64,000 bases of DNA from Eledone cirrhosa (GCA_964016885.1 OZ024743.1:166842001-166906000); one strand, 5' to 3'. Positions 38,262-51,493 are shown, counted from the first letter of the stretch. The notes: generated by a model from the letters alone, not told the origin. Translations and numbers: made by a program.

Positions 38262-40446
38262 CACTGGTCTGCGTTTCAAAACTTTTTTAAAAAGGTCAAG
38301 GGTTTTCCAAATGATTTAGGACCCTTTTTGCATGCTGAATTCAAAAGTACAGTTTATTTTTCTGGGTCAGGTCTGGTTTCTAAGATATAGTCTATTTCTT
38401 TTCCAGCATATTTTTCTAAAATATCGCAATCCAAGCGTTTATGGGCTTTGCTTTTGCAAAACCGGGTCGTGGGTAACCTTTAATAATTATTTTTATTTCT
38501 CTTTTCAGGTCTAGAAAAATGGATCGGAAGTGTAAAAACCATCCTAATAGGTTCTGTTACATCTGCGGACATGTGGTTCTTCCAGACCGTCAAGCAAAAA
38601 TCACAGATTTTGTGAAGAAGGCATATCACGCTTACTTTGGAGTCAAACTAGGGGACCAGGATAAGCTATTCGCTCCCCATATCTGCTGCAAAACATGTGT
38701 AGAGAACTTACGGGATTGGAGGAACAAGAAAAGGAAGAGTATGCCATTTGGTGTCCCAATGGTGTGGAGGGAAGGGAAAGATCACGTTACCGACTGCTAC
38801 TTTTGCATGACAAATCTAAAAGGCATCAATCGCAAGAACAAGCACCATGTTCAATACCCTGATGTTCCTTCTGCCATAAAGCCAGTCCCCCATGGCCCCG
38901 ATCTTCCTATTCCTGAGCCAAATGTCACCATGGAATCTAGTTCTGATTCCGAATCTAGTGACATGATTGATACAGCTAAGTGTGATGAATACAGGTCAGA
39001 AGAGGACGACCAACCGGTGCCTTTGACCCAAGCCGAACTCAATGACCTGACACAAGACCTGAACCTTTTGAAGGAGTCTGCTGGGTTCTCGTCTTTGAGA
39101 GAAACGTCTACTGGCGCCAGGAACAACATTCTATTGGTATCGGGACCGCGAGAGAGAATTTAGAAAATTCTTCATGTTTGATGAAGCATCTTCACTGGTC
39201 TACTGTAGCAATATTGTTGACCTGATTGAATTACTTGGTCTGAAGTATGATGCTATGGAATGGAGACTTTTCATTGACTCATCTAACAGAAGTCTCAAAG
39301 CAGTTCTTCTGAATATCGGAAACAAGTTTTCATCGATCCCTGTTGGGCACTCAGTTGAAATGAAAGAATCCCACAAAAGCATGGAACGTCTGTTGTCTGC
39401 TCTGAACTACCAGAAACATAAATGGTTGATCTGTGGAGATCTTAAAGTTGTTGGACTCATCCTAGGACTTCAAGGTGGTTACACAAAGTATCCATGCTTT
39501 CTGTGCTTATGGGATAGCCGTACTGATGACCAGCATTATGTCAGACAAGAGTGGCCATTAAGACAAGGATTAAAACCTGGATCACACAACGTTTTGTCCC
39601 ACCCTCTGGTTGAACCGAGCAAGATATTGCTTCCAACCCTCCACATCAAACTCAGTCTCATGAAGAACTTTGTAAAGGCATTGGACAGGGAAGGTGGAGG
39701 ATTTGCTTTCCTCCATCAGAAGTTTCAACGAAAAAGCATGGAGAAAATTAAGGCAGGTATATTTGATGGTCCTCAAATAAGGGAACTCATCAAGGATACT
39801 AGTTTTGATGATGCACTGAATCCTGCTGAACTCTCTGCCTGGTTGTCCCTTAAGTCAGTCATTCCAAACTTCCTTGGCAACCACAGAAGTTCCCAGTATC
39901 AGAAGGTGGTTGATGAGTTAATGAAGAATTTCCGCCAACTTGGTGTGCGCGTGTCAGTGAAAATGCACTTCCTCCGGTCTCATCTGGACTATTTTTCAGA
40001 GAATTGTGGAGACTTCAGTGAAGAACATGGTGAGCGCTTTCACCAAGATATCAGTGTTATGGAGGAACGCTATCAAGGCCGATGGGATGTCAACTTTCTG
40101 GCCGACTACTGCTGGTGCCTAAAGAGGGATGCGCAGTCTGCTCAGCACAAACGGAAGTCCCTGAAGAGACCATTCATCCATGAGTAGCTTCCTTAGTTCA
40201 TTATACTCTTCTTGCTATCTATTCAAAATATTGTGTAAGCCTTCTGTGAATAAATCAGTCTAATATTTTCAATATTGCGTTTTATTCACCTACAAATAGA
40301 TCGGAATTTAGGATATTTTTAATGTGCTAATATTTCATTAACCTGATCTGATTGAGTAAAATGAGCATGATTTTTGGATTCAGTGCAAAAAACTGGCCTA
40401 AAATCATGTATTATATGTTAGACCTTGAAAACATCGCAGACCAGTG
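38262..40446 (+). mobile_element. Chapaev3 (CMC superfamily) DNA transposon, complete ends
   Basis: Perfect 12-bp TIR CACTGGTCTGCG/CGCAGACCAGTG, 3-bp TAA TSD (38259-38261, 40447-40449), subterminal gctgaattcaaaa/ttttggattcagt inverted motif, and a transposase inside. Confidence 0.88.
38519..40187 (+). pseudogene. Chapaev3 transposase (N-terminal zinc finger + DDE)
   Basis: FCYICG...CCKTC...WREGKDHVTDCYFC, then FIDSS, CGDLK, CFLCLWDSR, LHIKL, FDGPQIR and EEHGERFHQ. A small deletion/frameshift at ~39080 and a TGA at ~39095 split the ORF. A splice acceptor (ttttcAG) lies just before the ATG. Confidence 0.88.
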
Positions 40447-40843
40447 TAATTAAAGAGAGGGAGAGATAAAGGGGAGTAATTTATGCTCGGATTTTCATCG
40501 GACACATATAAACATATATAGCCATGGCGGTTAAAATTCAAAATATTTAATTTATGTCATTTTAGGGTAAAGAATAAAAATTTTAGGTTTTAAAAGTTGA
40601 TGGTTATTTGTATTACTTTTATAAATTTTATAAACGTATTGAGTTTCTAAGATTCAAAGTTTTATGAAAACGAATTTAAAGGATTTACTAAGCCCGCAAA
40701 AGAAAATTATATACTGTTCAATATTCTCACAAATGTAATCTTTAACAAAATTACTTTTAACTGTAACAACATTTCCGTATGTATAGTTTATGAAGTATTT
40801 ACAGTTATAACTATCAAGGAATTTATTACTTGTTCTTTCGATC

Positions 40844-41785
40844 TCACTCGATAAACCCGCCATTGGCTTTGATGACGGCCTCAAGGCGGCCTCGGAACTG
40901 GCTACAGGCCTTCGTCACTGTCCCCCGACTTAGGCCCCTAAAGGCACTTGTGATCCTGGCCTTCAGATCGTCTTTCGTATTGCAGCTAGATCTGTTGGTG
41001 TCTCGTTCCACTGTGCCCCACACAAAGAAGTCGAGGGGGTTGCAGTCAGGCAGGCTGGGAGGCCAGATGTCAGGTGAAGTGTGGTCGACGAACTTCTCTG
41101 AGAGCCAGGCTTGGGTCTTTCGGCTGGTATGGCAGGGCGCTGAGTCTTGCTGCCACACGTACGGCCTACCTGCGGCTACCTGGTCGATCCAGGGCTTTAC
41201 TACCTCGCTCAGAACATGGATGTAACCATCGGTGTTCAGCTTGAGGTGGCATGATGTCACCTTGACTGCTGACGACACCTAAGACCAATGTTGTCGCTGG
41301 AAACTTTGTCTGCATGACTCTGGGCACGTCTTTGAATGAGACAGCGAGGCATCTGTTGTTCTGGGAGTTGATCTTCTGGTCTTGGCAGAAGTTTTTCTCG
41401 TCGGAGAAAAACCACAGCATGTCTGGCTTCAGTGGGTGTTTCAACTTGTTGATCAGCTTCTTTGCATGCTTCAGTGCTTTTCTTGCATCGCCTTTGACAG
41501 AAATTGTCCTTTCCTCATCTTGTATGAAACGTACCACCAGCCTAATGAGCTTTACATCCACGCCTTTCTCCCTTGCAATGGCACGCATCGACTTGTTAGG
41601 TTCATTGCTGATGATATTCTGAACTTCAGCGACGAACTCGAGCGTTCTGAAGGCTTCAGATCATCGATTGTGTGTTTTCCTCTCTGATGTTGCTTCGTAG
41701 TCGAATCCTGAATCTTCCAATTCCTTTCTGAACTTTTCCACCATTCTCCTGCTGACGCTGAGAAAGTCTGAAATTTCCTTATTTG
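40844..41785 (-). mobile_element. Tc1/mariner DD37D (maT-type) transposase remnant
   Basis: FFSDEKNF, then QQD and WPPSLPDCNPLD with 37 residues between the second and third Asp; HTH region SMRAIAREKGV; no TIRs recognised. Confidence 0.85.
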
Positions 41786-41789
41786 TCCT

Positions 41790-42260
41790 CCCGGCGCGGA
41801 TTCCGAGAAGAACTCCCTGTCTCTTCCACCTTCCATGGTCCTAACAGCCACTATCTCTCTGTCCGGTACGCCTTCCGCTACTCCTCCTCCAACTTAATCT
41901 ATGGACTTCGCTGCACGGAGTGCAGCGCAACCTACGTCGGACAGACTGGACATCGCCTGGCGGGCCGTTTCACGGAACACCTCCGGGATATTCGCCTCGG
42001 CGGGAGTTCCCCGATCGCCCGCCACTTTCGCTCCCCTGGACATTTCGCCCACCACCTCAGTCTATGGCCTTCTCCAATGCCATGGAACACCCGCCACCCA
42101 CCTCGCGGTCGAACAACGCACCATCTTCACCCTCCAGACCCACACACACACCGGCCTGAAATCCCCACCCCTATTCATTTAGCCTTCGACCGCCCACCCT
42201 TCCCCCACTAACACCTCTAACACACTTTCCCTTTCACCCCTTGGCCCATCCCACAACTAA
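41790..42260 (+). mobile_element. Penelope-like 3' fragment (GIY-YIG), GC-rich
   Basis: SSNLIYGLRCTECSATYVGQTGHRLAGRFTEH...IARHF. Confidence 0.82.
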
Positions 42261-42264
42261 CATA

Positions 42265-45200
42265 TAAACTGGCAACCCCACCAAGGTTTCTTGGTGAGGA
42301 GGGTGACTTTGGACATCCTGCAGGACTAAAAACAAAACCTGTCAAAGGGCAAAGGAGCTCTTAAGAGTCAAAGGCCATTCAAAATCACCGGGAGAGATGA
42401 CCCCCTTAGCCTTTGTCAAGGCAGAATTCTAGGAGAAGGAAAACTCTGATGGTATCCAATGATGTTGACTTGTTCTTCTTTTTGGTAAATATCATCTTGG
42501 TTAAGAGAATGGGACTGGCTTTGTGCAGTGCCTTTGCTCACTATAAAAGCTTCACGGCACAGGTATTGCTTTATATCTGGAGATCTCTCTGCACTTGTCA
42601 TCTTGATGTGGAACTCTGGCTCGCCGTAGCCTAAAAAGGCAAACTATATTACAATGAAGGTACCTAACACAATTGAAGTAAATGGCAATAAGGGCTCTGG
42701 ATCAGCATCATGTGAAAGGGTCTGGCCCGGCAGGTGTCCCAGGGCGCTGCAGTCTGGGCCCGGTCGTCATCAGTCTACTGTGTGCAAACCACTCAATTTT
42801 GGTTGCTGGAATGTACGTACTTTGCTTGATGTTGAAACAAATGTACAGCGACCTGAAAGAAGATCGGCATTGGTTGCCAAGGAGCTCAGGCGTTATAATA
42901 TGGATGTTGTGGCCCTCTCGGAAACTCGATTTCATAGTGAGGGCCATTTCACAGAGAAATCCGGTGGATATACATTTTTCTGGAGGGGAAGGAAGGAGGG
43001 GAGGAGGGAAGCTGGTGTCGCTTTTGCCATAAAAACAGTTATAACAGACCATCTTCAGGAGCTGTCGACGGGCGTTAGTGACAGACTGATCACTGTGAGA
43101 GTTTCTCTAGAGGGTGGAAGATATGCAACCATGATTGGTGCTTATGCACCAACTATGGAATGCATTGATGAAGCAAAGCAGGCTTTTTATGACGAATTAA
43201 GGTCTCTTGTCTGAAAGGTGCCTGCAGCAGACAAAGTTTTAATTCTTGGAGATTTTAATGCTCGTGTGGGCCGTGATTGTGAGACCTGGAGAGCTCTGGG
43301 CAAGCATGAGGTCAGAAAGTGCAATGGCAATGGACTCTTGTTATTGCAAATGTGCACAGAGCTGGATTTGTTCATTGGCAGCACTATGTTCCAACAGAAG
43401 GACAAATACAAGACAACATGGATGCATCCTGGATCGAAACAGTGGCACCTGATTGATTATGTCCTTGTGAGGCGGCGGGATGTACAGGATCTGTGCAGTG
43501 TTCATGTGATGCGTGGGGCAGAGTGTTGGACCGACCATCGTCTGGTGAGAGCAAGAGCAAGATGTGTAGTTCGTAAAAGGGAGAAACGGCGAGGGGTATC
43601 TCTTCCGAAACGGCTAAACGTTGCCCGTCTGAAGGATCCTAAAGTCAGAGAAAATCTGGTTAAAAAGATGGATGCGTTAGAGTGCGGAAATGACTGAACT
43701 TCCTTTAAGGAGGCAGTTTATGGGGCATGTGCTGATGTTGTTGGATTCACGGATAAGAAGCATCAGGATTGGTTTGACCAAAATGACAAGCTTATAGACA
43801 AGCTTTTGGAGGAGAAACATATGCTCCACTCCGCATTGCTTGGTAGTGATTTAAGCACTGATTGGCAGAAGGCAATCGCTGATAAGCTGAAGCTCGTAAA
43901 AGCTGATGTGCAACTAAAATTGCGTGAAATGAAGAATAAGTGGTGGAATGACAAAGCCGATGAAATACAACTTGCGTCGGATGTGAAGGACGTTAAAGCA
44001 ATGTATAATCTTCTTCGTGAAGTGTATGGACCACCTATATCACCAGTTGCACCTCTTAGGACAAAGGATGGCAATCAGCTCCTTAGAGATCCCAATGATA
44101 TCCTGTTGAGATGGCGGGAACACTTTAGCGAGCTTCTCAATAGGGATTCAGAGGTTGACGAAGAGTTTATCAGGTCTATACCTGATAAGCCAGTAAAGGA
44201 AATCCTTGCTGAGCCTCCAACGATCGAGGAGGTTAAAAGTGCTGTCTGGAAACTCAATGGTGGGAAGTCGCCTGGATTGGATGGGCTGTATGCTGAGATC
44301 TTGAAGCACGGTGGAGAGAATCTCTTGCACCGACTTCATTCTTTGGTTCTGGATGCCTGGAACAACAACCATGTTCCCGATGACTGGAAGGATGCTGTGA
44401 TGGTTGTTTTGTACAAGGGAAAGTGAGACAGGGATGACTGCGGAAACTATCGTGGGATATCACTGTTGTCTGTTGTCGGCAAAGTTCTCTGTAGAATTCT
44501 GTTGGACCGTCTATTGCTCCCCATTGCTGATGAAGCTCTACCAGAGTCGCAATCGGGCTTTCGGGCTGGGTGTGGCACTGTGGACATGATCTTTACAGCT
44601 AGACAACTGCAGGAAAAGTGTGTTGAGCAGAATGTTGATCTCTACCAGGTGTTTGTTGACCTGACAAAGGCGTTTGACACGGTCAACAGAAATGCTTTAT
44701 GGGATATCTTGAGGAAGCTGGGGTGCCCTGACAAGTTTGTTTCCATTTTGTGTTTGTTCCATGATGGCATGGGTAAATGTTGGTGGAAATCTCTCTGAGC
44801 CGGTGACATTCCAGCTCCAACGCTCTTTGCTTTGTACTTCTCCATTGTCTTCGAACAGGCCTTCGGGAACTGCAATCATGGTATATATGTTCGCTATCAA
44901 GCAACTGGAAAGCTGTTTAATATCAGGAGGTTCAATGCTAAGTCAAAGGTTCACTTGTCACTAATCAGGGATTTGCTTTATGCAGATGACTGTGACCTGG
45001 TAGCGCACACAGATTGATATGCAGCATCTCATGGATGCATTTTCTAATGCGTGTACTGCATTGGGACTTACCATAAGCCTGAAAAAGACAGTAGCCATGT
45101 ACCAACCAGCCCCTGGGAAGCCATGTTGTGAGCCCAACATCTTGGTTTATGGTGAGCCGCTAAAGGTCGTTGGCAGTTTTGTATATCTTGGAAGCACTCT

Positions 45201-46155
45201 GAGTATGTCCTGCGATCTTGATGGGGAAATATCAAACAGGATACAGAAAGCCAGTGATGCTTTTGGAAAACCGAACAAGCGTCTCTGGTCTCAACACGGA
45301 ATTTTGGTAAAGACAAAGCTCAAAGTGTATCGCGTGTGTGCTCGCAGCACTTCTTTATGCTTGTGAGACGTGGGTGGTCTACCATAGACAGATGAAGCGA
45401 CTTGAGAGGTTCCACCAGTACTGCTTACGTCGGATCCTCGGCATAACTTGGCAAATGTTTGTCAGTAACATCGAGGTTCTGGACAGGCCATCTTGTAAGG
45501 ATGAATGACAAGCGAATGCCGAAGCAGCTGCTTTATGGCGAGCTCCAAATGCGAAAAAGAAACGCGAGCAAACCCAAGATGCGTTTTAAGGACTGCATCA
45601 AGGGGGCGCTCAAGAAAAGTAACATCCCTTGTGAGCACTGGGAAGCATGCTCTAGCGACCAATCGCATTGGAGGAAAGCAGTGGCTAGTGGCAAGAGTCT
45701 ATTTGAGGAAATAAGAAGGCACGCGACACTAAAAAGAGATGTCCGGAAAGGAATCCATGTTGGCCTTCCCAAAGACACTGACAGACGGCCTGACCTGACA
45801 TGTGAGACCTGTAATAGGGTTTGTCTGAGCATGGCAGGTCTAAAGAGTCACCTTGAGAGTGCACAAGAACAGGGAAGCAGGCACCTGTGGAGCTATAAGT
45901 GTTCATCAGACGACAACATGTAATGTTTGTGGAAGGGTATGCAGGTCGAGTAGTGATCTGACACAACACCTTGGGTCACATGGTACCATGGGCCCAGCAC
46001 TAGGTGTCAATAATTGTCACAAGTGTAGTGTTTGTACCAGAGTTTTCAAGTCGCTGGCTGGACTAAAAAGCCACACTCGTTCAGCGTATCGGTAGGGGGT
46101 CTCCTACATGGATATAAAGTAGTGGCCATACTCGAAAATGAGTTGGCAGCCACCA
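42265..46155 (+). mobile_element. Near full-length RTE (BovB-like) LINE with three C-terminal C2H2 fingers
   Basis: CWNVRTL, ALSETR, LGDFNARVG, TDHRLV, FVDLTKAFDTV, LLYADDC and FVYLGSTL, then CETC/CNVC/CSVC fingers; several stops and frameshifts. Confidence 0.92.
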
Positions 46156-46196
46156 TATGTATGTATATATATATATATGTGTATAAATGTGTATAC

Positions 46197-46304
<108 letters not shown>

Positions 46305-46644
46305 ATGTATGTGTGTGTATATATATATATATATATAAACATGTGTGTATGTGTGTCTGTATATATGTATTTATGTGTGTGTGTGTGTGCGTGTGTGCTT
46401 GTACTAACCTACCACTTCCACAGATGTTCCATCAACCACTTAAGAACCTTTGTTCAAAGTTGTACTATAGAATAAGGTAGTGTTTATTTCAATTGCAACT
46501 CTCCACTAAACTTCTTTCTTTCTCTAAATAAATTTTGTTTTTTCTAAGAATCCCCATCCTTTAATCCCACCATGATCCCCCCCCCCCTAACCCTTCCCTT
46601 ACCATGACAGAATGTATAAATACCAGAAAATTACATTGACAGTA

Positions 46645-46695
46645 GGCTTTCTGATGATTTCCTCCGAATGAAACAGTTCTAGTCCTGTAGAAGCC
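46645..46695 (+). ncRNA. Type I hammerhead ribozyme motif, family C
   Basis: GGCTTT-CTGATGA-TTTC ctcc GAAT-GAAA-CAG ttctagtc CTG-TA-GAAGCC. Intact core, GUA triplet, and a CTAG palindrome in loop III. Confidence 0.8.
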
Positions 46696-46814
46696 ATTTC
46701 TATATTAAATTACTTTTACTCTGCTATGTATTGAGTACCTTACTTACTGTGGTTATCCCCGATTTAACCCGGGATCTACATATATATATATATATTTATA
46801 AAATAACAGATTAA

Positions 46815-46865
46815 AGTTTAAGGAAAGAATCGCTGCTTTCACCCTTAACGGGATCTTCTGAAACT
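46815..46865 (-). ncRNA. Hammerhead-like motif with variant core, family B
   Basis: Minus strand AGTTT-CAGAAGA-TCCC gttaa GGGT-GAAA-GCA gcgattctt TCC-TT-AAACT, within a repeat (46800-47250) homologous to 27610-27860. Confidence 0.5.
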
Positions 46866-47384
46866 AACAAAGTCAATCTGTGAACGCAGAAGTGAATATT
46901 TCAAAAAACGTTGCAACCGGAGGAAGACAGGAAGACAATACTTTGGTTCGTGGAAACGTTCCCTGGCAAAGAACGGGAAAAAAACGAATATAATACGTCA
47001 TTATTTGGAGCAGTGAAAAACAAATACACGCAAAGTCAAAACCACGTTTATGGTATAAAAGAAGTCGTAGAATAATATTCTATTAGGTGGTTCATAGAGA
47101 CGTTCTCTGGCAATGAACGGAAAAAATGAAGATAATATGTCATATGTGGAGTGTGTGGAACAATTGCACGCAAAGACAAAAACACGTAAATGGTATAACT
47201 GAAGTCGTAGACAAAATTCTAACTAGGAAACCGAATGATTCTCGGCTTCAGAGTTAAGAATAAAGTAAATAAAATACAGAGGTAATTGAAATTAAATAAA
47301 TACATACACGCATCCATATACGTACATACACAAGCATACGCGAAAAACTCGCCATAGGTATACAAATAAACGCACATATAAATG

Positions 47385-48130
47385 TGTAGGAGTACATCAA
47401 GGTTCGGTCCTCAGCCCGCTCTTGTTCATTATAGTCCTCCAAGCCATAACAGAGGAGTTTAAGACTGGCTGTCCATGGGAACTTCTCTATGTTGACGATA
47501 TGGTTCTTATAGCAGAATCAGTAGAGGAGCTAGAGAATAAAAGGAACTGGCATAAATTCTATAAAATGCTCACAATGCAGATCCTGGGTACACAAGAGAT
47601 GTAGTGGGAAAGCAGGCAAACCAACAGGTAGGGAGCAATATGTATGCAGGAGATGTACAGGGAAATTAGATAGTAGAAGTCGCATTGATAGACACATTTT
47701 TCAAATGCAGGTGGGCGCTATAGAAGTGGTGGACAGCTTCCGGTACCTAGGAGATCAGATTAGCATGGGAGGGGGTTGTTCCAAGGCCATAGTATCTAGA
47801 ATAAGTACGGGTTGGAAGAAGTTTAGGGAGCTGCTTCCTCTGCTGACGAAGAAGGATTTCTCCCTGCGTATGAAAGGCCGGTTATGCTGCATGGTAGTGA
47901 GACATGGGCAGCAACTGCAGAGGATATGTGATGGCTGGAGAGAAATGAGGCAACCATGCTCCGTTGGATGTGCAATGTCAATATGCGTGAATGACCCAGC
48001 ATGGATGTGTTGAGAGAGAAACTGTGTCTGAGAGGGATAGAATGTAGTGTGCGAGAGAGGAGACTGCGGTGGTATGGACATGTGATGCGCATGGAGGATG
48101 ACCGATGGGTGAAGGGAAATGATAGAGGTT
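47385..48130 (+). mobile_element. RTE RT fragment
   Basis: GVHQGSVLSPLLFIIVLQAITEEFKTGCPWELLYVDD, VVDSFRYLGD and LRWYGHVM. Confidence 0.85.
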
Positions 48131-48519
48131 TATAAGATAGAAAATAATCAGGGATTCCTCTACATGGCATACAGAGTGAGACAGAAGGAATGTGATAGAA
48201 GCTTATAACATAGAACAACCAGGAATTGCTCCTACATTGACAACTTACTGAATACTCAACCAGATTTATCTGACGCAAGGTTTCAGCCAAATGGAAAGAG
48301 GCGTGTTGGTGAAGCAGTATTATAGATAGAGCCTTAAAAACCTAAGAGACAGATCTGGACAGACTTGAAGAAAGCGAATAGCAAAAAGCATGATTAAGTA
48401 GTTAGAAAACAAGCTACACATCAAGTTTATTAGCAGGTTGGGGAGAGTGGTTGAAAGTAAGAGGTTGGCATGTGTTCTCCAATATGAGGATCAGGGACAT
48501 AATGGATTCCAGATTTTAA

Positions 48520-48754
48520 CTCTTTTAAAACCAGACTGACTGAAACTGCTCCTTATTCTTTGATACAAAACTGTTATAAATTGTTTATATTTATCTAAAA
48601 ACCTTCCTTCATAATTTTTGTAAGAGCATTTAAGTATGTTTTAAAAAATCAGCTTAAAAACAAGGAAGTTGTTATATTGCTAAATTGTTCCAAATTCTTG
48701 ATTATTTTGAAATCATAGGCAGTGTCTTTCCTCAGAAATATAGTAATGAAAGAG
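48520..48754. mobile_element. TTAA-targeting MITE (piggyBac-like ends)
   Basis: TTAA|CTCTTT ... AAAGAG|TTAA; the RTE sequence resumes on either side. Confidence 0.6.
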
Positions 48755-49094
48755 TTAAGGCAGTGTATTAGAAAAACTAAAGACATGATTGTGGAAAAGT
48801 GTTTATGGCTTGATAATGGCACACTTGGCCTTACTAATGGTAAACAAAAAGAGGAGTGGAAGTGCTATCGGAGACTGACTGTGGATGAGAAAATACATGG
48901 GAGAAGGAGGGTCTAACCAAAGAAGACTCAATGAAGGAATCAGCCATTTAAGTTGACAGCAATAACAATGCAAATGTGATAAAAAATATGAAGGAAAGCA
49001 TCTCGACCATTAGGGACAGTCAGTGAAATATTAAAAATATTTAATGAAGTGGGTCACATGCCAGTTATTTGCATAGTCAATCAGATAATATGAA

Positions 49095-49630
49095 AAGGTG
49101 TCAAACATAATAACTGACATTACAGTATCATCATCAATTGCAGTTGAGCCCCTAGCAGTGGAGACTTCTGGTGTCTTTAGCCCTAGGGCTACCTCCCTAT
49201 TCACCACTAAAGGCACTGAGCTGGTTAGCCGCAGGTGCAAGCCTCACGAGATGGAATGGCTCTTCCAGCGCATCTCCCTCACCATCCTCCGGGGAAACAC
49301 CTTCTCCATTCTGACCACCGGGGCCGTGGGGTGGCCAGCGCGTGGAACCCATTTGCTCATAATAGTAAGAGATAGAGAGAGTGAGAGGAATGGAGGTGAT
49401 GACAGTGGGAGTTCAGCTCCTCTGTATTCAGACCTGGTGTACATGTGTGTGTCTATTTGTTTCTATTCATTCGATAGAAAACGTGCTGTATATATATTTC
49501 TGTTTGTTTAAATTTGTGAGTTTGTTTCCTCATCTTCATCTTGTTTTGTTTTTAAAGATATACTTTACAATAGCATTATCACCATTTATGTACATGTTAT
49601 GTTTATCACATATTGAAGTCAAAAACTGAA
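49095..49630 (+). mobile_element. CRE-clade non-LTR element 3' fragment (restriction-like endonuclease end)
   Basis: PLAVETSGVF...WLFQRISLTILRGN resembles the C-terminal signature of CRE elements. Confidence 0.65.
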
Positions 49631-51020
49631 TCAATTTCCGACCTTATTAGAAACAATTATTTTCAAACTGCTTGAGCATGTCCCCTTGTGCCTTATCTAT
49701 ACAGAGAAAGAAAAAGCACTACAGAGAGGTAATTACAAATTGGTAGAGCAGGTTACTGAAAGAGCTACAGCAAAACTGTTTAGGAACAAAATTAGCTTAG
49801 ATGAGATGCAGTTCAGTTTTTTGGAAAGTACCACTGATGCCCTCTTCCTAGTGAGACCATTGCAGGAAAACTAGTAAGCTATGAGTAAGCTACTATCCAT
49901 CAACTTGGTGAAAAGTTTTGACAGGGTTCCATACTCTGCAATCTGATAGTCACTAAGGAAATTAGGGACTAGATGAATGGCTTGTGAAAGCTACATCAGC
50001 CACATACAGAGGTGCAGTCAGCAAAGTGAGAGTCAGTTAGGGCTGTTCTGAAAATTAGGTGTACAAGTAAGAATCTATTAGGGCTGTTCTCAGCCCTCAT
50101 CTATTTTTATAGCCTTCCAGATTTTAACAGAGAAGTTAGGCAGTCCATGGGAACTCCTAATTGTTGATCTAGTACATATATATTATAAAGAGATGGGACA
50201 CCGATGGCCGAGCTCTTGCCATTTCAACAGCTAGTTCCAGACATAGAATGGTCTAACCAGTTTCAAATTGAATCCATCCTGATTTATATATATATGAAGG
50301 ACAATAGCTGTATAAAAAAGTGCAGAGCAATGGAAATTGATAGAAGCTACGGAGTGAGTAGACCAAGAAAAACCTGGGACAAGGTGATAAAAACTGAACT
50401 TGCTCACTTACACCTCTCTAAGACAATGTCACTGGATCGAGATCTTTAGTGCCATGCAGTTGTACAGAAGACCCACCATCCCTTGGATACAAACCTACAG
50501 TCAGCAGGCACCTCTTAACCCAATATACACCACACCCCACACACCCTACCCCATCCTCCCATTTCCGTCCACTGTGTCAGTGACACAACAAAAAGCACTC
50601 AGTCCACACTGTAGAGTGGTCGTGCAGGAGGGACGGTAAAAAGGCTCCCAGTCCACACTGTAAATGTTAGAAAGGGCATCCAACAGTAGAAAACCTGCCA
50701 GAGACACTTCCTTACAAGTGAGACACAGTCTCCCGACCAGTCCCGCATCAAATAGAACAAACCGTCTAACCTATGCTAGCGTGGAAGATGGACATTAAAC
50801 GATGATGATGATGATGATGATGATAATATATATATATGCACACACATATATATACATAGACATATAAATACACACACACACATATATATATACATCATCA
50901 TCATTCAACGTCCGCTTTTCCCTGCTTGCAAGGGTGGGATATATATATATATATACACATATAAAGGATTATGAGTTCATGCAATTGATTTATGTTTCGT
51001 CACTATATATACACACACAC

Positions 51021-51060
<40 letters not shown>

Positions 51061-51079
51061 ACATGATGATGATGATGAT

Positions 51080-51378
51080 GGCTGCAACTCAATTTCTCTA
51101 GGAGAAGGTCACTCTGATATAAAACCTGCGACTTCGTTTGCATCCAATGATGTAGACCAATTGTTCTTTTGGGGCATTCAATGTTCAGAGAGTGGGATTG
51201 GCTCTGTGCAAAGCTTTTCCTCACTTAAAAATGCTTCAAGCACAGGCATTGTTTGATATGAGATTTTTTGCGATGCATGGTATTGCTGACCATAGGCAAG
51301 TCGCTGGCAGGACTAAAAAGCCACGTCCGTGATGCTCATGCTTAAGTATCAAGCGATGGCACTACTTGAAAAACCATG
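51080..51378 (+). mobile_element. Bipartite non-autonomous RTE derivative (5' UTR fused to 3' end)
   Basis: 51097-51270 aligns with the RTE 5' UTR at 42429-42590, and aagtcgctggcaggactaaaaagccac aligns with the RTE 3' end at ~46047. Confidence 0.75.
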
Positions 51379-51411
<33 letters not shown>

Positions 51412-51493
51412 CACATACATCATCATTGTTTAATGTCCACTTTCCATGCTAGCATGAATATATGTATATATATATATACATATATTCATGCTA

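Larger units (their letters stand above)
48250..50825 (+). mobile_element. Old degenerate RTE with nested MITE and CRE fragment
   Basis: Remnants ISLDEMQF, TTDALFLVR and RPRKTWDKVIK; modular 3' UTR and (GAT)n tail at 50450-50825. Confidence 0.7.

Noticed and set aside
42260-42420. Twister or HDV-like ribozyme at the RTE 5' end
   Set aside because: I could not fit the conserved twister motifs or the HDV nested pseudoknot by eye.
45790-46095. Host C2H2 zinc-finger gene
   Set aside because: The fingers are contiguous with the RTE ORF2 C-terminus and recur in the RTE fragment at 26.7-27.0 kb.
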